Shown here piece by piece: positions 52,003 through 63,218 of a DNA stretch of 64,000 nt. The DNA is from a virus (taxonomy: Duplodnaviria > Heunggongvirae > Uroviricota > Caudoviricetes). Each line of letters starts with the position of its first letter. Position 1 is the first letter of the stretch. The notes beneath the pieces are model-generated. The model was not told where the DNA came from and did no database searches. It saw only the letters and a list, made by a program, of their open reading frames with translations. The translations under genes were made by a program, and so were the position numbers. The stretch lies in the IMG/VR virus record IMGVR_UViG_2939521961_000018; one strand, 5' to 3'.

Positions 52003-53421
52003 ATGCCTATTCAGCAACTTCCGCTTATGAAAGGTGTCGGCAAAGACTTTAGAAACGCCGACTATATCGACTATCTGCCAGTGAATATGTTGGCTACACC
52101 CAAAGAAATCCTGAACAGCAGCGGATATCTTCGCTCATTCCCGGGCATTGCCAAACGTTCTGATGTGAACGGCGTATCGCGAGGCGTCGAGTACAACATG
52201 GCACAGAATGCTGTTTATCGCGTGTGTGGTGGCAAACTGTATAAGGGCGAAAGTGAGGTCGGTGATGTTGCCGGAAGTGGTCGCGTATCAATGGCGCATG
52301 GTCGAACATCACAGGCGGTAGGCGTTAACGGGCAACTGGTCGAATACCGCTATGATGGCACGGTTAAAACCGTCTCAAACTGGCCTGCAGACAGCGGGTT
52401 TATGCAGTATGAGTTAGGTTCTGTTCGCGACATTACGCGTTTACGTGGGCGTTATGCGTGGTCAAAAGACGGCACTGATTCATGGTTTATCACTGACCCT
52501 GAAGACGAATCGCATCCTGACCGCTACAGCGCACAATATCGAGCCGAGTCTCAGCCTGACGGCATCATCGGCATCGGAACATGGCGAGACTTCATCGTCT
52601 GCTTTGGTTCATCGACGATTGAATATTTCTCCCTGACGGGGGCAACCACCGTTGGTGCCGCTTTGTATGTCGCACAGCCATCGCTGATGGTGCAGAAAGG
52701 CATTGCCGGGACTTACTGCAAAACGCCGTTCGCCGATTCGTATGCGTTCATCAGCAATCCGGCAACAGGTGCGCCGTCTGTGTATATCATCGGCTCCGGT
52801 CAGGTATCACCAATCGCCAGCGCGAGCATTGAGAAAATTCTTCGCTCCTACACTGCTGATGAACTGGCTGATGGTGTGATGGAATCGCTGCGATTTGATG
52901 CGCATGAACTGCTGATTATCCACCTTCCGCGCCACGTCCTCGTGTACGACGCATCTTCAAGCGCCAATGGTCCGCAATGGTGTGTGTTGAAAACAGGCCT
53001 GTATGACGATGTGTACCGCGCTATCGACTTCATTTACGAAGGAAATCAGATAACGTGCGGCGATAAGCTGGAATCGGTTACCGGGAAATTGCAGTTCGAT
53101 ATCAGCAGCCAGTATGGGCTACAGCAAGAACACCTGCTGTTTACTCCGTTGTTCAAAGCGGATAACGCCAGATGCTTTGATCTGGAGGTGGAATCATCGA
53201 CGGGTGTTGCTCAGTACGCTGACCGCCTGTTCCTCTCTGCAACCACTGACGGCATAAATTACGGGCGTGAGCAGATGATTGAGCAGAATGAACCGTTCGT
53301 TTACGACAAACGCGTTTTGTGGAAGCGAGTAGGGCGCATCAGGAAAAATGTTGGCTTCAAACTGCGCGTTATCACTAAGTCGCCTGTCACTCTGTCTGGC
53401 GCTCAGATAAGGATTGAGTAA
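52003..53421 (+). CDS. Tail hub protein (P22 gp10-like)
   Basis: 472 aa, same length and position as recalled P22 gp10. Confidence 0.55.
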   Translation: MPIQQLPLMKGVGKDFRNADYIDYLPVNMLATPKEILNSSGYLRSFPGIAKRSDVNGVSRGVEYNMAQNAVYRVCGGKLYKGESEVGDVAGSGRVSMAHGRTSQAVGVNGQLVEYRYDGTVKTVSNWPADSGFMQYELGSVRDITRLRGRYAWSKDGTDSWFITDPEDESHPDRYSAQYRAESQPDGIIGIGTWRDFIVCFGSSTIEYFSLTGATTVGAALYVAQPSLMVQKGIAGTYCKTPFADSYAFISNPATGAPSVYIIGSGQVSPIASASIEKILRSYTADELADGVMESLRFDAHELLIIHLPRHVLVYDASSSANGPQWCVLKTGLYDDVYRAIDFIYEGNQITCGDKLESVTGKLQFDISSQYGLQQEHLLFTPLFKADNARCFDLEVESSTGVAQYADRLFLSATTDGINYGREQMIEQNEPFVYDKRVLWKRVGRIRKNVGFKLRVITKSPVTLSGAQIRIE

Positions 53422-54269
53422 TGGCGGATTCGAATCTCAATGTGCCGGTAATCATTCAGGCTACACGGCTCGACACATCAGTCCTTCCACGCAATATCTT
53501 CTCGCAGTCGTATCTGCTTTACGTTATCGCACAGGGTACTGATGTTGGTAATGTGGCTAACAAGGCCAACGAGGCCGGACAGGGCGCTTATGACGCACAA
53601 GTCAGGAACGATGAGCAGGATGTGATTCTCGCTGACCATGAGCAGCGAATTTCTGCTGCGGAAGCAACGCTTGTTAATCATGAGGAGCGAATCAGCCAGG
53701 CAGAATCAACTCTTCAGGAACATGAAACGCGAATCGCTCAGAATGAAAGCGATATTGCGTCGCTTGATACCAGAGTTCAGTCGCTGGAATCGCAGGTTTC
53801 AGACCATGAATCGCGCATTGATGCTCTGGAGTATGCCACTACTCGCAAGAAGTCAGAGGTTGTTTACTCTGGCGTATCTGTAACCATCCCGACAGCGCCG
53901 ACCAACCTTGTTAGCCTGCTGAAAACGCTCACGCCGTCATCAGGCTCGTTGGCACCATTCTTCGACACCGTTAACAACAAGATGGTTGTGTTCAACGAGA
54001 ACAAAACCTTGTTCTTCAAGCTGTCGATCGTCGGGACGTGGCCCAGCGGAACCGCCAACAGGTCAATGCAACTAACATTTTCCGGCTCTGTTCCTGACAC
54101 ACTGGTAAGCAGTCGCAACTCGGCGACAACGACCGATAACATCCTGTTAGCTACGTTCTTCAGCGTGGATAAAGACGGCTTTCTTGCCACAAATGGCAGC
54201 ACGTTAACCATTCAGTCAAATGGTGCGGCGTTTACTGCCACAACCATCAAGATAATCGCGGAGCAGTAA
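53421..54269 (+). CDS. Tail needle (P22 gp26 / Sf6 needle type)
   Basis: Trimeric coiled-coil heptads ([44 protein letters not shown]) plus C-terminal knob; 282 aa. Confidence 0.6.
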   Translation: MADSNLNVPVIIQATRLDTSVLPRNIFSQSYLLYVIAQGTDVGNVANKANEAGQGAYDAQVRNDEQDVILADHEQRISAAEATLVNHEERISQAESTLQEHETRIAQNESDIASLDTRVQSLESQVSDHESRIDALEYATTRKKSEVVYSGVSVTIPTAPTNLVSLLKTLTPSSGSLAPFFDTVNNKMVVFNENKTLFFKLSIVGTWPSGTANRSMQLTFSGSVPDTLVSSRNSATTTDNILLATFFSVDKDGFLATNGSTLTIQSNGAAFTATTIKIIAEQ

Positions 54270-54724
54270 TGATTCAGTTCAAACCAACGCGAAACATCGA
54301 CCTGATAGAAGCAGTCGGAAATCACCCTGACATTATTGCCGGAAGCAACAACGGTGATGGATACGACTACAAGCCTGAATGCCGTTACTTTGAGGTTAAC
54401 GTGTACGGTCAGTTTGGCGGCATTGTTTACTATCAGGAAATTCAGCCGCTTACATTCGATTGCCACGCCATGTACCTGCCAGAGGTTCGTGGATTCAGCA
54501 AGGAAATCGGGCTGGCGTTCTGGCGATACATTCTGACTAACACCACCGTTCAGTGCGTCACATCGTTCGCTGCGCGCAAATTCCGCCACGGTCAGATGTA
54601 CTGCGCAATGATTGGCCTTAAGCGTGTAGGAACCATCAAGAAATACTTCAAAGGCGTGGATGACGTGACGTTTTACAGCGCCACACGCGAAGAACTAATC
54701 GACTTCCTGAATCACGGGAGATAG
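54269..54724 (+). CDS. Head/tail assembly protein (P22 gp14 position)
   Basis: Synteny only. Confidence 0.4.
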   Translation: MIQFKPTRNIDLIEAVGNHPDIIAGSNNGDGYDYKPECRYFEVNVYGQFGGIVYYQEIQPLTFDCHAMYLPEVRGFSKEIGLAFWRYILTNTTVQCVTSFAARKFRHGQMYCAMIGLKRVGTIKKYFKGVDDVTFYSATREELIDFLNHGR

Positions 54725-54726
54725 CT

Positions 54727-55419
54727 ATGTTATATGCATTTAAGCTGGGCAGAAAACTGCGCGGCGAGGAACCTTATTGCCCTGAAAAAGGCGGGAAAGG
54801 TGGCAGCTCTGATAAAAGCGCAAAGTATGCAGCAGAAGCTCAGAAGTATGCCGCAGACCTGCAAAATCAGCAGTGGCAGACGATCATGAAAAACCTTGCT
54901 CCGTTCACGCCGCTTGCGGAGCAGTATGTTAACCAGCTTCAGAATCTTTCCAGTTTAGAAGGTCAGGGGCAGGCACTTAATCAGTATTACAACTCTCAGC
55001 AGTATAAAGACCTTGCAGGTCAGGCTCGTTACCAGAGTCTTGCTGCTGCGGAGGCGACGGGTGGACTTGGTTCGACAGCCACAAGCAATCAACTGGCTAC
55101 GATCGCGCCGACACTCGGTCAGTCTTGGTTATCAAATCAGATGAGCAATTACAACAATCTGGCAAACGTTGGGCTTGGTGCACTGCAAGGTCAGGCAAAC
55201 GCCGGGCAGACGTACGCCAACAACATGAGCAGCATTGCACAGCAAAGCGCAGCACTTGCCGCTGCTAATGCCAATAAACCATCAAGTCTTCAGACTGCAA
55301 TTAGCGGCGGCACATCTGGTGCGATTGCCGGTGCAGGTCTTGCCAGCCTTTTGGGAACATCAACGCCTTGGGGCGCTGGCATTGGTGCTGGTATCGGATT
55401 GCTTGGCTCGTTGTTTTAA
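54727..55419 (+). CDS. Ejection (internal virion) protein, gp7 position
   Basis: Gly/Ala/Gln-rich, glycine-zipper C-terminus; synteny. Confidence 0.45.
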   Translation: MLYAFKLGRKLRGEEPYCPEKGGKGGSSDKSAKYAAEAQKYAADLQNQQWQTIMKNLAPFTPLAEQYVNQLQNLSSLEGQGQALNQYYNSQQYKDLAGQARYQSLAAAEATGGLGSTATSNQLATIAPTLGQSWLSNQMSNYNNLANVGLGALQGQANAGQTYANNMSSIAQQSAALAAANANKPSSLQTAISGGTSGAIAGAGLASLLGTSTPWGAGIGAGIGLLGSLF

Positions 55420-55428
55420 GGGGTAATC

Positions 55429-56835
55429 ATGGCTACTTGGCAAGGAACAAACGGCGGATTGTTGGCTGGTATCGGCGGCGTCAACTCAAACGCTCCGAGC
55501 GTAAATGACATCGGCAATACGCTTCAGCTTATCAGGCAGAACAATGATATTGATCGTTCAGGCGCTAACAATGTTGGGCTGACTGCTTTGCAAGGCCTTT
55601 CAGGTATTGCAGGGGTGTTTCAGCAGGAAAAGCAGGCTCAGCGGCAGAAAGAATTTCAGCAGGCGTACGCTAATGCTTATGCGTCTGGTGATCGCGGTGC
55701 TTTGCGTCAGTTGGCTACTCAATATCCAGACCAGATTGAATCCGTTCGTAAAGGCATGGGATTCATTGATGAAGACCAGCGTAATTCTATCGGCACCTTA
55801 GCGGCTGGCGCACGCCTTGCGTCATCGTCTCCAGAAGCAATGCAATCATGGCTGCAAAACAACGCCAAGGAACTGACTCGCGTCGGTGTTGACCCTAACA
55901 GCGTTGCTCAGATGTATCAGCAGAACCCTTCAGGATTTGGTGAGTTTGTTGATCACCTTGGAATGGCTGCTCTTGGTCCAATTGATTACTTCAATGTTCA
56001 GGACAAGATGGCTGGTCGTGAAATTGACCGAGGCAGACTGGCAGAGACAATCCGCAGCAATCAGGCTGGAGAAGCACTTCAGGCGAGAGGGCAAAACCTT
56101 TCCTATCAGTCAGCAATGACTGGGCACAATATCGCAGCACAACGCTTGGCTCTGGATCAGCAAGAGTTCGGGTTTAAGATGCAGCAAGCGCAGGAAAAGG
56201 CTCAGCAGTTGATTAGCGAAGCACCTAAGCTGTCAGTAAACATGGAAAAAGGCATCGAGACGGCTGTAAACAATGCTACAGCATCATCAAACTCAGCCAA
56301 TTCTATGAGTGCGCTTGCTCAACAGTTCAGAGCAGAAAAACCAACGACAGGTTTGTTCGGTAACGCACAGAACATGTTCGCAAAACTTACCGGAAGCGAT
56401 ACAACATTGCGTGATTTGCGCATTCGCCAAAATGCCCTTGTTAACAGTCAGGTTCTTAAATTCCTACCTCCCGGCCCAGCAACGGATAAAGACGTTGAGA
56501 TCGTTCGACAGGGTGCGCCAACTGACATGGATAACCCTGAGACGGTCGCAAGATGGCTTGATGCAATGGCAAACCTTGAGCGACGAAACGCGCAGTTTAA
56601 TGAGTTTAAAGCCGAGTGGATGAGCGCGAATGGCAACCCTGGACAATCGCGTAATGGCGGTCAGATATTGGGGTTGGATGTTAAAAAAGGTGAATCATTG
56701 GGGAGTGCCGTTAAGCGGTATATGTCAATGAATACTGACGCAGCGCCAGCACAAGATTCGACACCTTCAGGAGAACCACGGAATCAGGTTGGATCATATA
56801 CCTCAAAATCAGGCATTCAATTTACGGTGGAATGA
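55429..56835 (+). CDS. Ejection protein, gp20 position
   Basis: 468 aa, synteny. Confidence 0.45.
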   Translation: MATWQGTNGGLLAGIGGVNSNAPSVNDIGNTLQLIRQNNDIDRSGANNVGLTALQGLSGIAGVFQQEKQAQRQKEFQQAYANAYASGDRGALRQLATQYPDQIESVRKGMGFIDEDQRNSIGTLAAGARLASSSPEAMQSWLQNNAKELTRVGVDPNSVAQMYQQNPSGFGEFVDHLGMAALGPIDYFNVQDKMAGREIDRGRLAETIRSNQAGEALQARGQNLSYQSAMTGHNIAAQRLALDQQEFGFKMQQAQEKAQQLISEAPKLSVNMEKGIETAVNNATASSNSANSMSALAQQFRAEKPTTGLFGNAQNMFAKLTGSDTTLRDLRIRQNALVNSQVLKFLPPGPATDKDVEIVRQGAPTDMDNPETVARWLDAMANLERRNAQFNEFKAEWMSANGNPGQSRNGGQILGLDVKKGESLGSAVKRYMSMNTDAAPAQDSTPSGEPRNQVGSYTSKSGIQFTVE

Positions 56836-58679
56836 TGAAAGTAACTGCAAACGGTAAGACATTTACCTTTCCTGATGGTACGAGCACCGAAGATATTGGC
56901 ACCGCCATTGATGAGTATTTTGCTGGTCAGGCTGTTCAGCAACAAACAGTTAATCAGGCCAATAATGCACCAACACGGGACGAACCATCATTGATGCAAC
57001 AAGCTGGCGATTGGCTCACTGGTGGTCAAAGTGCAGGGCAAATTGCAGAACAGGCTGGTCGTGGTCTGGTAAACATACCATTTGACGTATTGCAGGGTGG
57101 CGCAAGTCTGATTAATGCAATCAGTCAGGGGCTTGGTGGGCCAAAAGTTTTGGATGATGTTTATCGTCCAGTAGACAAACCGACAGACCCATACGCACAA
57201 GCCGGTGAAACAATTGGTGGGTATTTAGTTCCAGGAGTTGGAACGGCAGGAAGCATGGCTATTGGATCGCTGGCAGAGGCCGCAAATCAGAAAGGCGATT
57301 TCGCACAAAATGCAGCTAAAAATGCCGGAGTTAACCTTGCCGCTCAGGGTGTTCTTTCCGCAGCAGCAAAGGGAATAGGGCGTGGAATAACGGCTATAAA
57401 AGGTGATATTGCGCCAGAAGTGGCGAAGAAAATTGCCACATCAGAATCGATGGGCGTGACACCAATGACATCTGATGTTATCCCGCCGAAAAATGCTTTC
57501 ACTCGCGGCCTTACTCAGGATGCCGAGGGGGCTTTGCTCGGGACGGGCTCAAAGCGAGCAGAGCAATATGCAACGCGTAGTAAGCTGGTAAGCAATTATT
57601 TTGACCGTTTTGGTGAGTACAACCCTGATGATGTGGTGAAATCTCTGACCACCACGTTAAGGGGGCGGAAGGATGCTGCTGGCGCTGTTATCAATGACGT
57701 CACCAATAAAATGGGTAATGCCGCAGTTGATACTACAAATACCATGAATGCTCTGAATACAGCGATCGCAAGACAGGAACGGCTTGGGACTTCAGCCAAT
57801 CAAAGCCTGCTTACATCCTTGCGTAACCTGCGTGAAGAATTAGCAAACCCTGCAACTGATTTGGATGTTACGTTTGATCTCTTGCGTCAGCACAGAACAG
57901 CATTTAGATCTAATGTTCAGGGAGATGCTATGGTCTTCCCCAACCAGGCAAAAGCAGCTACCAATATGGTAGAGAATGCAATGTCAAAAGACCTTCGTAA
58001 CGCAGTTGCAAAAAACCTCGGTGCGTCAGACGCAGCAAAATACCTTAAAGCAAATTCCGATTATGCAAACGTTTATAATAAGGTGCTTAATAAAAACATT
58101 GCTAACAAGCTCAACAAGGCAAGCAGTGAAGCCAGTCCTGAACTTATAAATACTGTTGTATTAAGCAGAAAACCATCTGACGTGAAACGAATCTGGAGCG
58201 CATTGGATGATAAAGGGAAAGATGCTATGCGTGCAGCTTACGTCAGCAAAATAGCGGAAAAGGCCGGTGACTCTCCAGCCAAGTTCATCACTGAAGTTAA
58301 TAAGCTGAAATCTCAGTCAGGTGGTGAAATTTACAACACTATTTTTTCTGGAAAGCACATGAAAGAGCTTGATTCTCTTCATGAAGTTCTACAGAAAACA
58401 GCAAGGTCAGACACCGCAAATGTAGTAACTCAGACTGGGCAATCGCAAGCCAACAGGATAAGGACGATTGGCGCAACTGCGACTCTTGGCGTATCAATGG
58501 GGCTTGAGGCTGGTTTCGGTGCAATGATGCGCTTGTATGAGTCCAAAGCAGCAAGGAATGCTCTCTTACGTTTGGCAAACACCAAAGCAGGAACACCAGC
58601 CTATGAAAGAGCGCTAAATAATGCTGCAAATGCGATACGCCCTATACTCTCAAGCCAAATTACAGCAGAACAGCAATAA
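56832..58679 (+). CDS. Ejection protein, gp16 position
   Basis: 615 aa, synteny. Confidence 0.45.
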   Translation: MMKVTANGKTFTFPDGTSTEDIGTAIDEYFAGQAVQQQTVNQANNAPTRDEPSLMQQAGDWLTGGQSAGQIAEQAGRGLVNIPFDVLQGGASLINAISQGLGGPKVLDDVYRPVDKPTDPYAQAGETIGGYLVPGVGTAGSMAIGSLAEAANQKGDFAQNAAKNAGVNLAAQGVLSAAAKGIGRGITAIKGDIAPEVAKKIATSESMGVTPMTSDVIPPKNAFTRGLTQDAEGALLGTGSKRAEQYATRSKLVSNYFDRFGEYNPDDVVKSLTTTLRGRKDAAGAVINDVTNKMGNAAVDTTNTMNALNTAIARQERLGTSANQSLLTSLRNLREELANPATDLDVTFDLLRQHRTAFRSNVQGDAMVFPNQAKAATNMVENAMSKDLRNAVAKNLGASDAAKYLKANSDYANVYNKVLNKNIANKLNKASSEASPELINTVVLSRKPSDVKRIWSALDDKGKDAMRAAYVSKIAEKAGDSPAKFITEVNKLKSQSGGEIYNTIFSGKHMKELDSLHEVLQKTARSDTANVVTQTGQSQANRIRTIGATATLGVSMGLEAGFGAMMRLYESKAARNALLRLANTKAGTPAYERALNNAANAIRPILSSQITAEQQ

Positions 58680-58693
58680 AAGATAAGATGTAA

Positions 58694-59179
58694 CTACCTG
58701 ATATTACTGCTACTGTTGCATGTTACCGTGTTTCCAAATCCTGAATTGCAGTTTGTATATGTGTCAACGCGTGTTGGGTAAGGTTGAGTTATAACAGGCT
58801 GGCGCGCTTTTTGCTCGATCGCTTGCATTGTGTTTACAGCCTGATAATTCAATAAAGCCTGCTGGAATGCTTGGCTTTGTGCTATTTGTTGGGCTTGTTC
58901 TTGGCTTTGTAATTGAACATAAAGATTCTGAAGCTCAAGTCTTGCCTGTGCGTCACTTATCTTGCCTTCATCGACACCTTTCCCGAGCATCTTTGCAGCA
59001 AGGACATACAGCTTAGGTGTTGGTGCTGATGCCATGCGTGAGTCGTTCTTCACACTGGCATCAAGGCAATTAGCCATATCGCTAAGCTTTTGATAGCGTT
59101 GTTCGCAACTTGCTTGATAGTCACTTACTTTTGCGCATCCAACCAGCAGAAACGGGATAATTAACAGTGATTTTTTCAT
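58694..59179 (-). CDS. Lipoprotein moron in the immI-equivalent region
   Basis: Signal peptide plus lipobox MKKSLLIIPFLLVGCAKV; Gln-rich coiled-coil C-terminus; opposite strand to the virion genes. Confidence 0.5.
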   Translation of the reverse strand: MKKSLLIIPFLLVGCAKVSDYQASCEQRYQKLSDMANCLDASVKNDSRMASAPTPKLYVLAAKMLGKGVDEGKISDAQARLELQNLYVQLQSQEQAQQIAQSQAFQQALLNYQAVNTMQAIEQKARQPVITQPYPTRVDTYTNCNSGFGNTVTCNSSSNIR

Positions 59180-59249
59180 ATGGTTAACTCTCCTTAGTTT
59201 TTCACAGGATATCATGAAGGCAATGCCATTTTAGCCGGAAACTAGATTT

Positions 59250-59516
59250 CTATGTTTCCTTTTTATTATTGCTATACATGGTCTTAAGCGTTTCAAAAAC
59301 CATTTTCTTAACCATATCAGATTGTTGTTCTGCCATACGCTCTGCATCATCAATGTAAACGGATGCAGAGCTTTGTTTAGCCAACGATTCTTCAATCGCT
59401 GCAATTATCTCTGAGTTCAGCGACCTGTTATTCATCTTCGCGCGCTGTTTAATTTTCGCGTGGAGTTCATGCGGAAGTCTCAAGTGAAACTGCGCCTCGT
59501 CGTATTTGCTGTACAT
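59250..59516 (-). CDS. mnt: Mnt-like ribbon-helix-helix repressor
   Basis: RSLNSEIIAAIEESLAK...DDAERMAEQQSDMVKKMVFETLK aligns with recalled P22 Mnt; start at MYSKYDEAQF. Confidence 0.65.
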   Translation of the reverse strand: MYSKYDEAQFHLRLPHELHAKIKQRAKMNNRSLNSEIIAAIEESLAKQSSASVYIDDAERMAEQQSDMVKKMVFETLKTMYSNNKKET

Positions 59517-59637
59517 CCTTGATGCCTCACCAGTTGGGTGGAATGGCATCGTAACCTACTGGATAAATACTCAATAGTACCATTTCGGTATGCAATCACA
59601 TCATGGTTGCATCATATCATTCTTCTGGAGCAATGAA

Positions 59638-61761
59638 ATGTCAGATATCACCGCAAATGTTGTGGTCAGCATGCCTTCGCAACTCTTCACTATGTCTCGC
59701 TCTTTTAAAGCCGTAGCCAATGGAAAAATTTATATCGGTAAAATTGACACTGACCCGGTAAATCCAGAAAACCAGATTCAGGTTTATGTGGAAAACGAAG
59801 ACGGTTCTCACGTTCCTGTTTCGCAACCAATCATCATTAACGCTGCTGGTTACCCTGTATATAACGGACAGATTGCCAAGTTCGTAACTGTGCAAGGCCA
59901 TTCTATGGCTGTTTATGATGCATACGGTGCGCAGCAGTTCTATTTTCCGAATGTGCTAAAGTATGATCCAGATCAGTTTAAGGGCAATCTCCTGAGCGAA
60001 GATCACTCACTTGGCGACTCTCTAGTCATGCATAACCCACAGTTTGTCGATAGCACATCGACCATTCTCTCAAAAAAGCTAACTATCGACCTGAGGACGC
60101 TTACAGACTACGGGTTTGCTGAGGGAAACACCGGTGCTCAGAACAAAGCTGCATTTCAGAAGGCTATTGATGATGCTACGTTGCCAACTGAGATTGTTAT
60201 ACCAGAGGGGGCGTTCATTGTTGACCCTGGTATTACGATTAAGAATACTGTCACCATGATACGAGGTGCTGGCGCATATCAGTCCAGAATTTTCTCTACG
60301 GGTACAGCGGCACCGATAATCACGCAACAAGATGGGGTAATTACGTTCTGCGAGTTCAGGGACTTTGGTCTTGACGGAAATGGCTACGCAGCTAACGGCA
60401 TCAGTCTTACTGAAGCCAACCACATTAAAATAGAAAATATTGACGTGGTTAATACTAATAACAACGCAATATTAGTTAACGGTTACTCCATTGACATCAT
60501 TGGGTGCCGGTTGTTTCAAAACGCCGGTAACGGTATTAATGTTGGTGGTTACTGCAATAATATTAATATAATCAACAGCCGTATCTATGGTAACGGAGCC
60601 GGTGGAGTTTTACTTACGCCAGCTTACGCTGAGGGCGGTATGAGCGTCAGAGTTAATGGCAACAATATAGAGCAAAATAAGTTCTACGGACTTTTGGCTT
60701 ACGGGGTTAAAGGCCTTAACCTTGATGCTAACTATTGGGAACGCAACGGTGAGATTGGTTACCCGTATAGTGTACCTGAGTCTATTACAGTACGTGCGGA
60801 TATCCACCTTATCGCGAACAATTTTACATTAATTCCTGACCTTTCAAAAATTAATGATACCGTATCTATTCGCGGGAATCAGCAGACCGCGATTGGCTAC
60901 GCCAGCGCGCTACCTAACCAAGACGGATTTATTTTCACGAACTATGCGAAAAACCTGACGATTGAAAATAATCAGTTATTAGACGCATCGAAAGTGAATA
61001 ATTTATTAGCAATGTACCACAATAATCTTTCGTCCAAAGTTACTGACAGGCTATATCTTGCCAACAACACAGTGAACTCCATCGGATACGTTGGTAGTTA
61101 TGACCCGGCGACACAAAACCCTGACACTGCGCATTTAATAGATATTGCGAACAGAGAGTTAACTGCTAACTATCTTGATCGAAATATGTTGCTCTGGACT
61201 GCGGCATCTGGAACTACAGGAACATTGATAAAAACTCAAAACATCTATGCTGGTAATTATTCATTCTTAGTTACGACAGGAGATAGAGTTTGGGGACGAA
61301 CGATAGACCTCAACAAATCACCAGAACTAAAAGGGAAATTTGTATGGTTTGGTGCGTGGGTCAATGACCAGGGATCAGCGTCAAAACTTATGTTTATAAT
61401 TAATGGTGCAGGACAAACAGACTCTACAGCACCTTTAGCTGGTAATGGGAAATGGAGCTATGTTAGTTGTGGTGTGTATATATACGAAACTGATACAGCT
61501 ATAAATGTTGGTATAAGAAATTATGGTTCAGGAAATGTACTCATAAACTCACCTTCTCTATGTGCATATGGAATGCCATCAAACGCGTTGCAAGTTGAAA
61601 AAACAACATTTTATCTTTCGTCAGTACCTACATCCGGTTTCTGGGATATAGGTGAGCGTGTTATCAATAGCGCACCTGCTTCAGGACAACCAAAGGCATG
61701 GACATGCAATATTCCAGGTGGGCCAGGAACCTATTCTTTCTTATCAGAGGGAAACTTTTAA
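59638..61761 (+). CDS. Tailspike: P22/Sf6-type head-binding N-terminus with a divergent beta-helix receptor-binding domain
   Basis: N-terminal ~115 aa [60 protein letters not shown] as in Sf6/P22 tailspikes; remainder not recognisably the Sf6 endorhamnosidase. Confidence 0.8.
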   Translation: MSDITANVVVSMPSQLFTMSRSFKAVANGKIYIGKIDTDPVNPENQIQVYVENEDGSHVPVSQPIIINAAGYPVYNGQIAKFVTVQGHSMAVYDAYGAQQFYFPNVLKYDPDQFKGNLLSEDHSLGDSLVMHNPQFVDSTSTILSKKLTIDLRTLTDYGFAEGNTGAQNKAAFQKAIDDATLPTEIVIPEGAFIVDPGITIKNTVTMIRGAGAYQSRIFSTGTAAPIITQQDGVITFCEFRDFGLDGNGYAANGISLTEANHIKIENIDVVNTNNNAILVNGYSIDIIGCRLFQNAGNGINVGGYCNNINIINSRIYGNGAGGVLLTPAYAEGGMSVRVNGNNIEQNKFYGLLAYGVKGLNLDANYWERNGEIGYPYSVPESITVRADIHLIANNFTLIPDLSKINDTVSIRGNQQTAIGYASALPNQDGFIFTNYAKNLTIENNQLLDASKVNNLLAMYHNNLSSKVTDRLYLANNTVNSIGYVGSYDPATQNPDTAHLIDIANRELTANYLDRNMLLWTAASGTTGTLIKTQNIYAGNYSFLVTTGDRVWGRTIDLNKSPELKGKFVWFGAWVNDQGSASKLMFIINGAGQTDSTAPLAGNGKWSYVSCGVYIYETDTAINVGIRNYGSGNVLINSPSLCAYGMPSNALQVEKTTFYLSSVPTSGFWDIGERVINSAPASGQPKAWTCNIPGGPGTYSFLSEGNF

Positions 61762-61831
61762 AAGACCTATGTATTGAAATGATTACTTTGATCTGGTATG
61801 TTTAAAAAAAATCAGTAAAACACATTTTGAT

Positions 61832-62974
61832 ATGGAAAGAAAAACAAATAAGTTAGACTCTATTCAAGTCCTTAGAGGGATCGCGGTACTTCTAGTCATT
61901 GCGTTTCACTTTAGAGTATATTTAAATGGAGTGTATGCCCAAAAGGACTTGGGCGACATTCTTTTTGGTATAGGTGAGGTTGGTGTTGATATATTCTTTG
62001 TTATAAGTGGATTTATCATTACTTATTCTTCAATGAATAAGGCAAAAAACCGGCCAATGGTGTTTGCTGCTAAGCGTTTTTTTAGGTTGTACCCTGTTTA
62101 CTTTATAATCCTTACTCTGGCTATATACCTCAACTATGAGGCAATATATACATCATCACAAATAATAAAGAGCTACTTGCTCATACCAATTGACTATAAT
62201 TTTATAGGGCCATGGTCAGGTTATAGTATAATAATACCTGCATGGACACTAACGTATGAAATTTGGTTCTATGTGGTTTTCTTTTTTTCATTATGCATCA
62301 GCCATAAATATAGAACTGCGATCGCATCATTTCTTCTCATCATTATTTGCGTTCTTGGTCAACTGTACTTTCACGGAGATGTTTTTCTAAATCCTATCGC
62401 GCAACCGCCATCTGGTGATGGAATTATTCGTAATCTGGTATTTGTATCAAATCCAATAATATATGACTTTATTTTGGGGATGATTATTGCAGAGGCCTAC
62501 ATTAGGCTACCTTCTAGACTTATAAATAAAATGCCTGTTGTTCAATTTCTTAATATTACATTAGCGATTGCCTTGCTTTTTTTATGTCTAGGGTTAAGGA
62601 ATGGACCTGGAATTGTAGCATGGGGGGCTTATTCATTTATGATTATAGCCCCAATAGTCCTTATTTCTAAGTGTAGGGATGTATATAGAAATAAAATTCT
62701 AACGTATGTTGGTGAAATATCCTATTCACTTTACATTAATCATATGGTTGTATACAGTCTTGCTGTTTTATATCTCAAACCGTACGGGGTATTGGATAGT
62801 AAAGGATTTGGTGTTTTTCTAGCTATGATTTGCGCTACTTTTATTATATCAATCATATCTTATAACTTTATTGAAAAACCATCAGTATCCATAGGGCATG
62901 CCATCGCTCGTAGAATGCAAAAAAAATCAGATGTATCTTCAATTAAAACTGAATCCGTTAGAGAAGCACCTTGA
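61832..62974 (+). CDS. Acyltransferase-3 family membrane protein, O-antigen O-acetyltransferase-like
   Basis: 380 aa, about 10 TM segments, N-terminal LRGIAVLLVIAFHF, very AT-rich; directly downstream of the tailspike as oac is in Sf6. Confidence 0.7.
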   Translation: MERKTNKLDSIQVLRGIAVLLVIAFHFRVYLNGVYAQKDLGDILFGIGEVGVDIFFVISGFIITYSSMNKAKNRPMVFAAKRFFRLYPVYFIILTLAIYLNYEAIYTSSQIIKSYLLIPIDYNFIGPWSGYSIIIPAWTLTYEIWFYVVFFFSLCISHKYRTAIASFLLIIICVLGQLYFHGDVFLNPIAQPPSGDGIIRNLVFVSNPIIYDFILGMIIAEAYIRLPSRLINKMPVVQFLNITLAIALLFLCLGLRNGPGIVAWGAYSFMIIAPIVLISKCRDVYRNKILTYVGEISYSLYINHMVVYSLAVLYLKPYGVLDSKGFGVFLAMICATFIISIISYNFIEKPSVSIGHAIARRMQKKSDVSSIKTESVREAP

Positions 62975-63218
62975 TAAATAGAGCAATAGCCAGATAGCAC
63001 CTAACCGATTTCGTACTCATAGGGTTGTCACTTTACCAAACTGAGAGGAAATACACTGATAACAGTTGGTTATGAAGTACTGGGTGAGGTGGATGTGAAT
63101 GGTATTTTGATGCATTTCATTAACCTGTACGCCTAAGAAAGCAACCCTGAAATCTAAGACACACAAGCTTTGCACTGGATTGCAAGGCTTTGTGCACTTC
63201 GATAGTGGTTAAGGTGGT

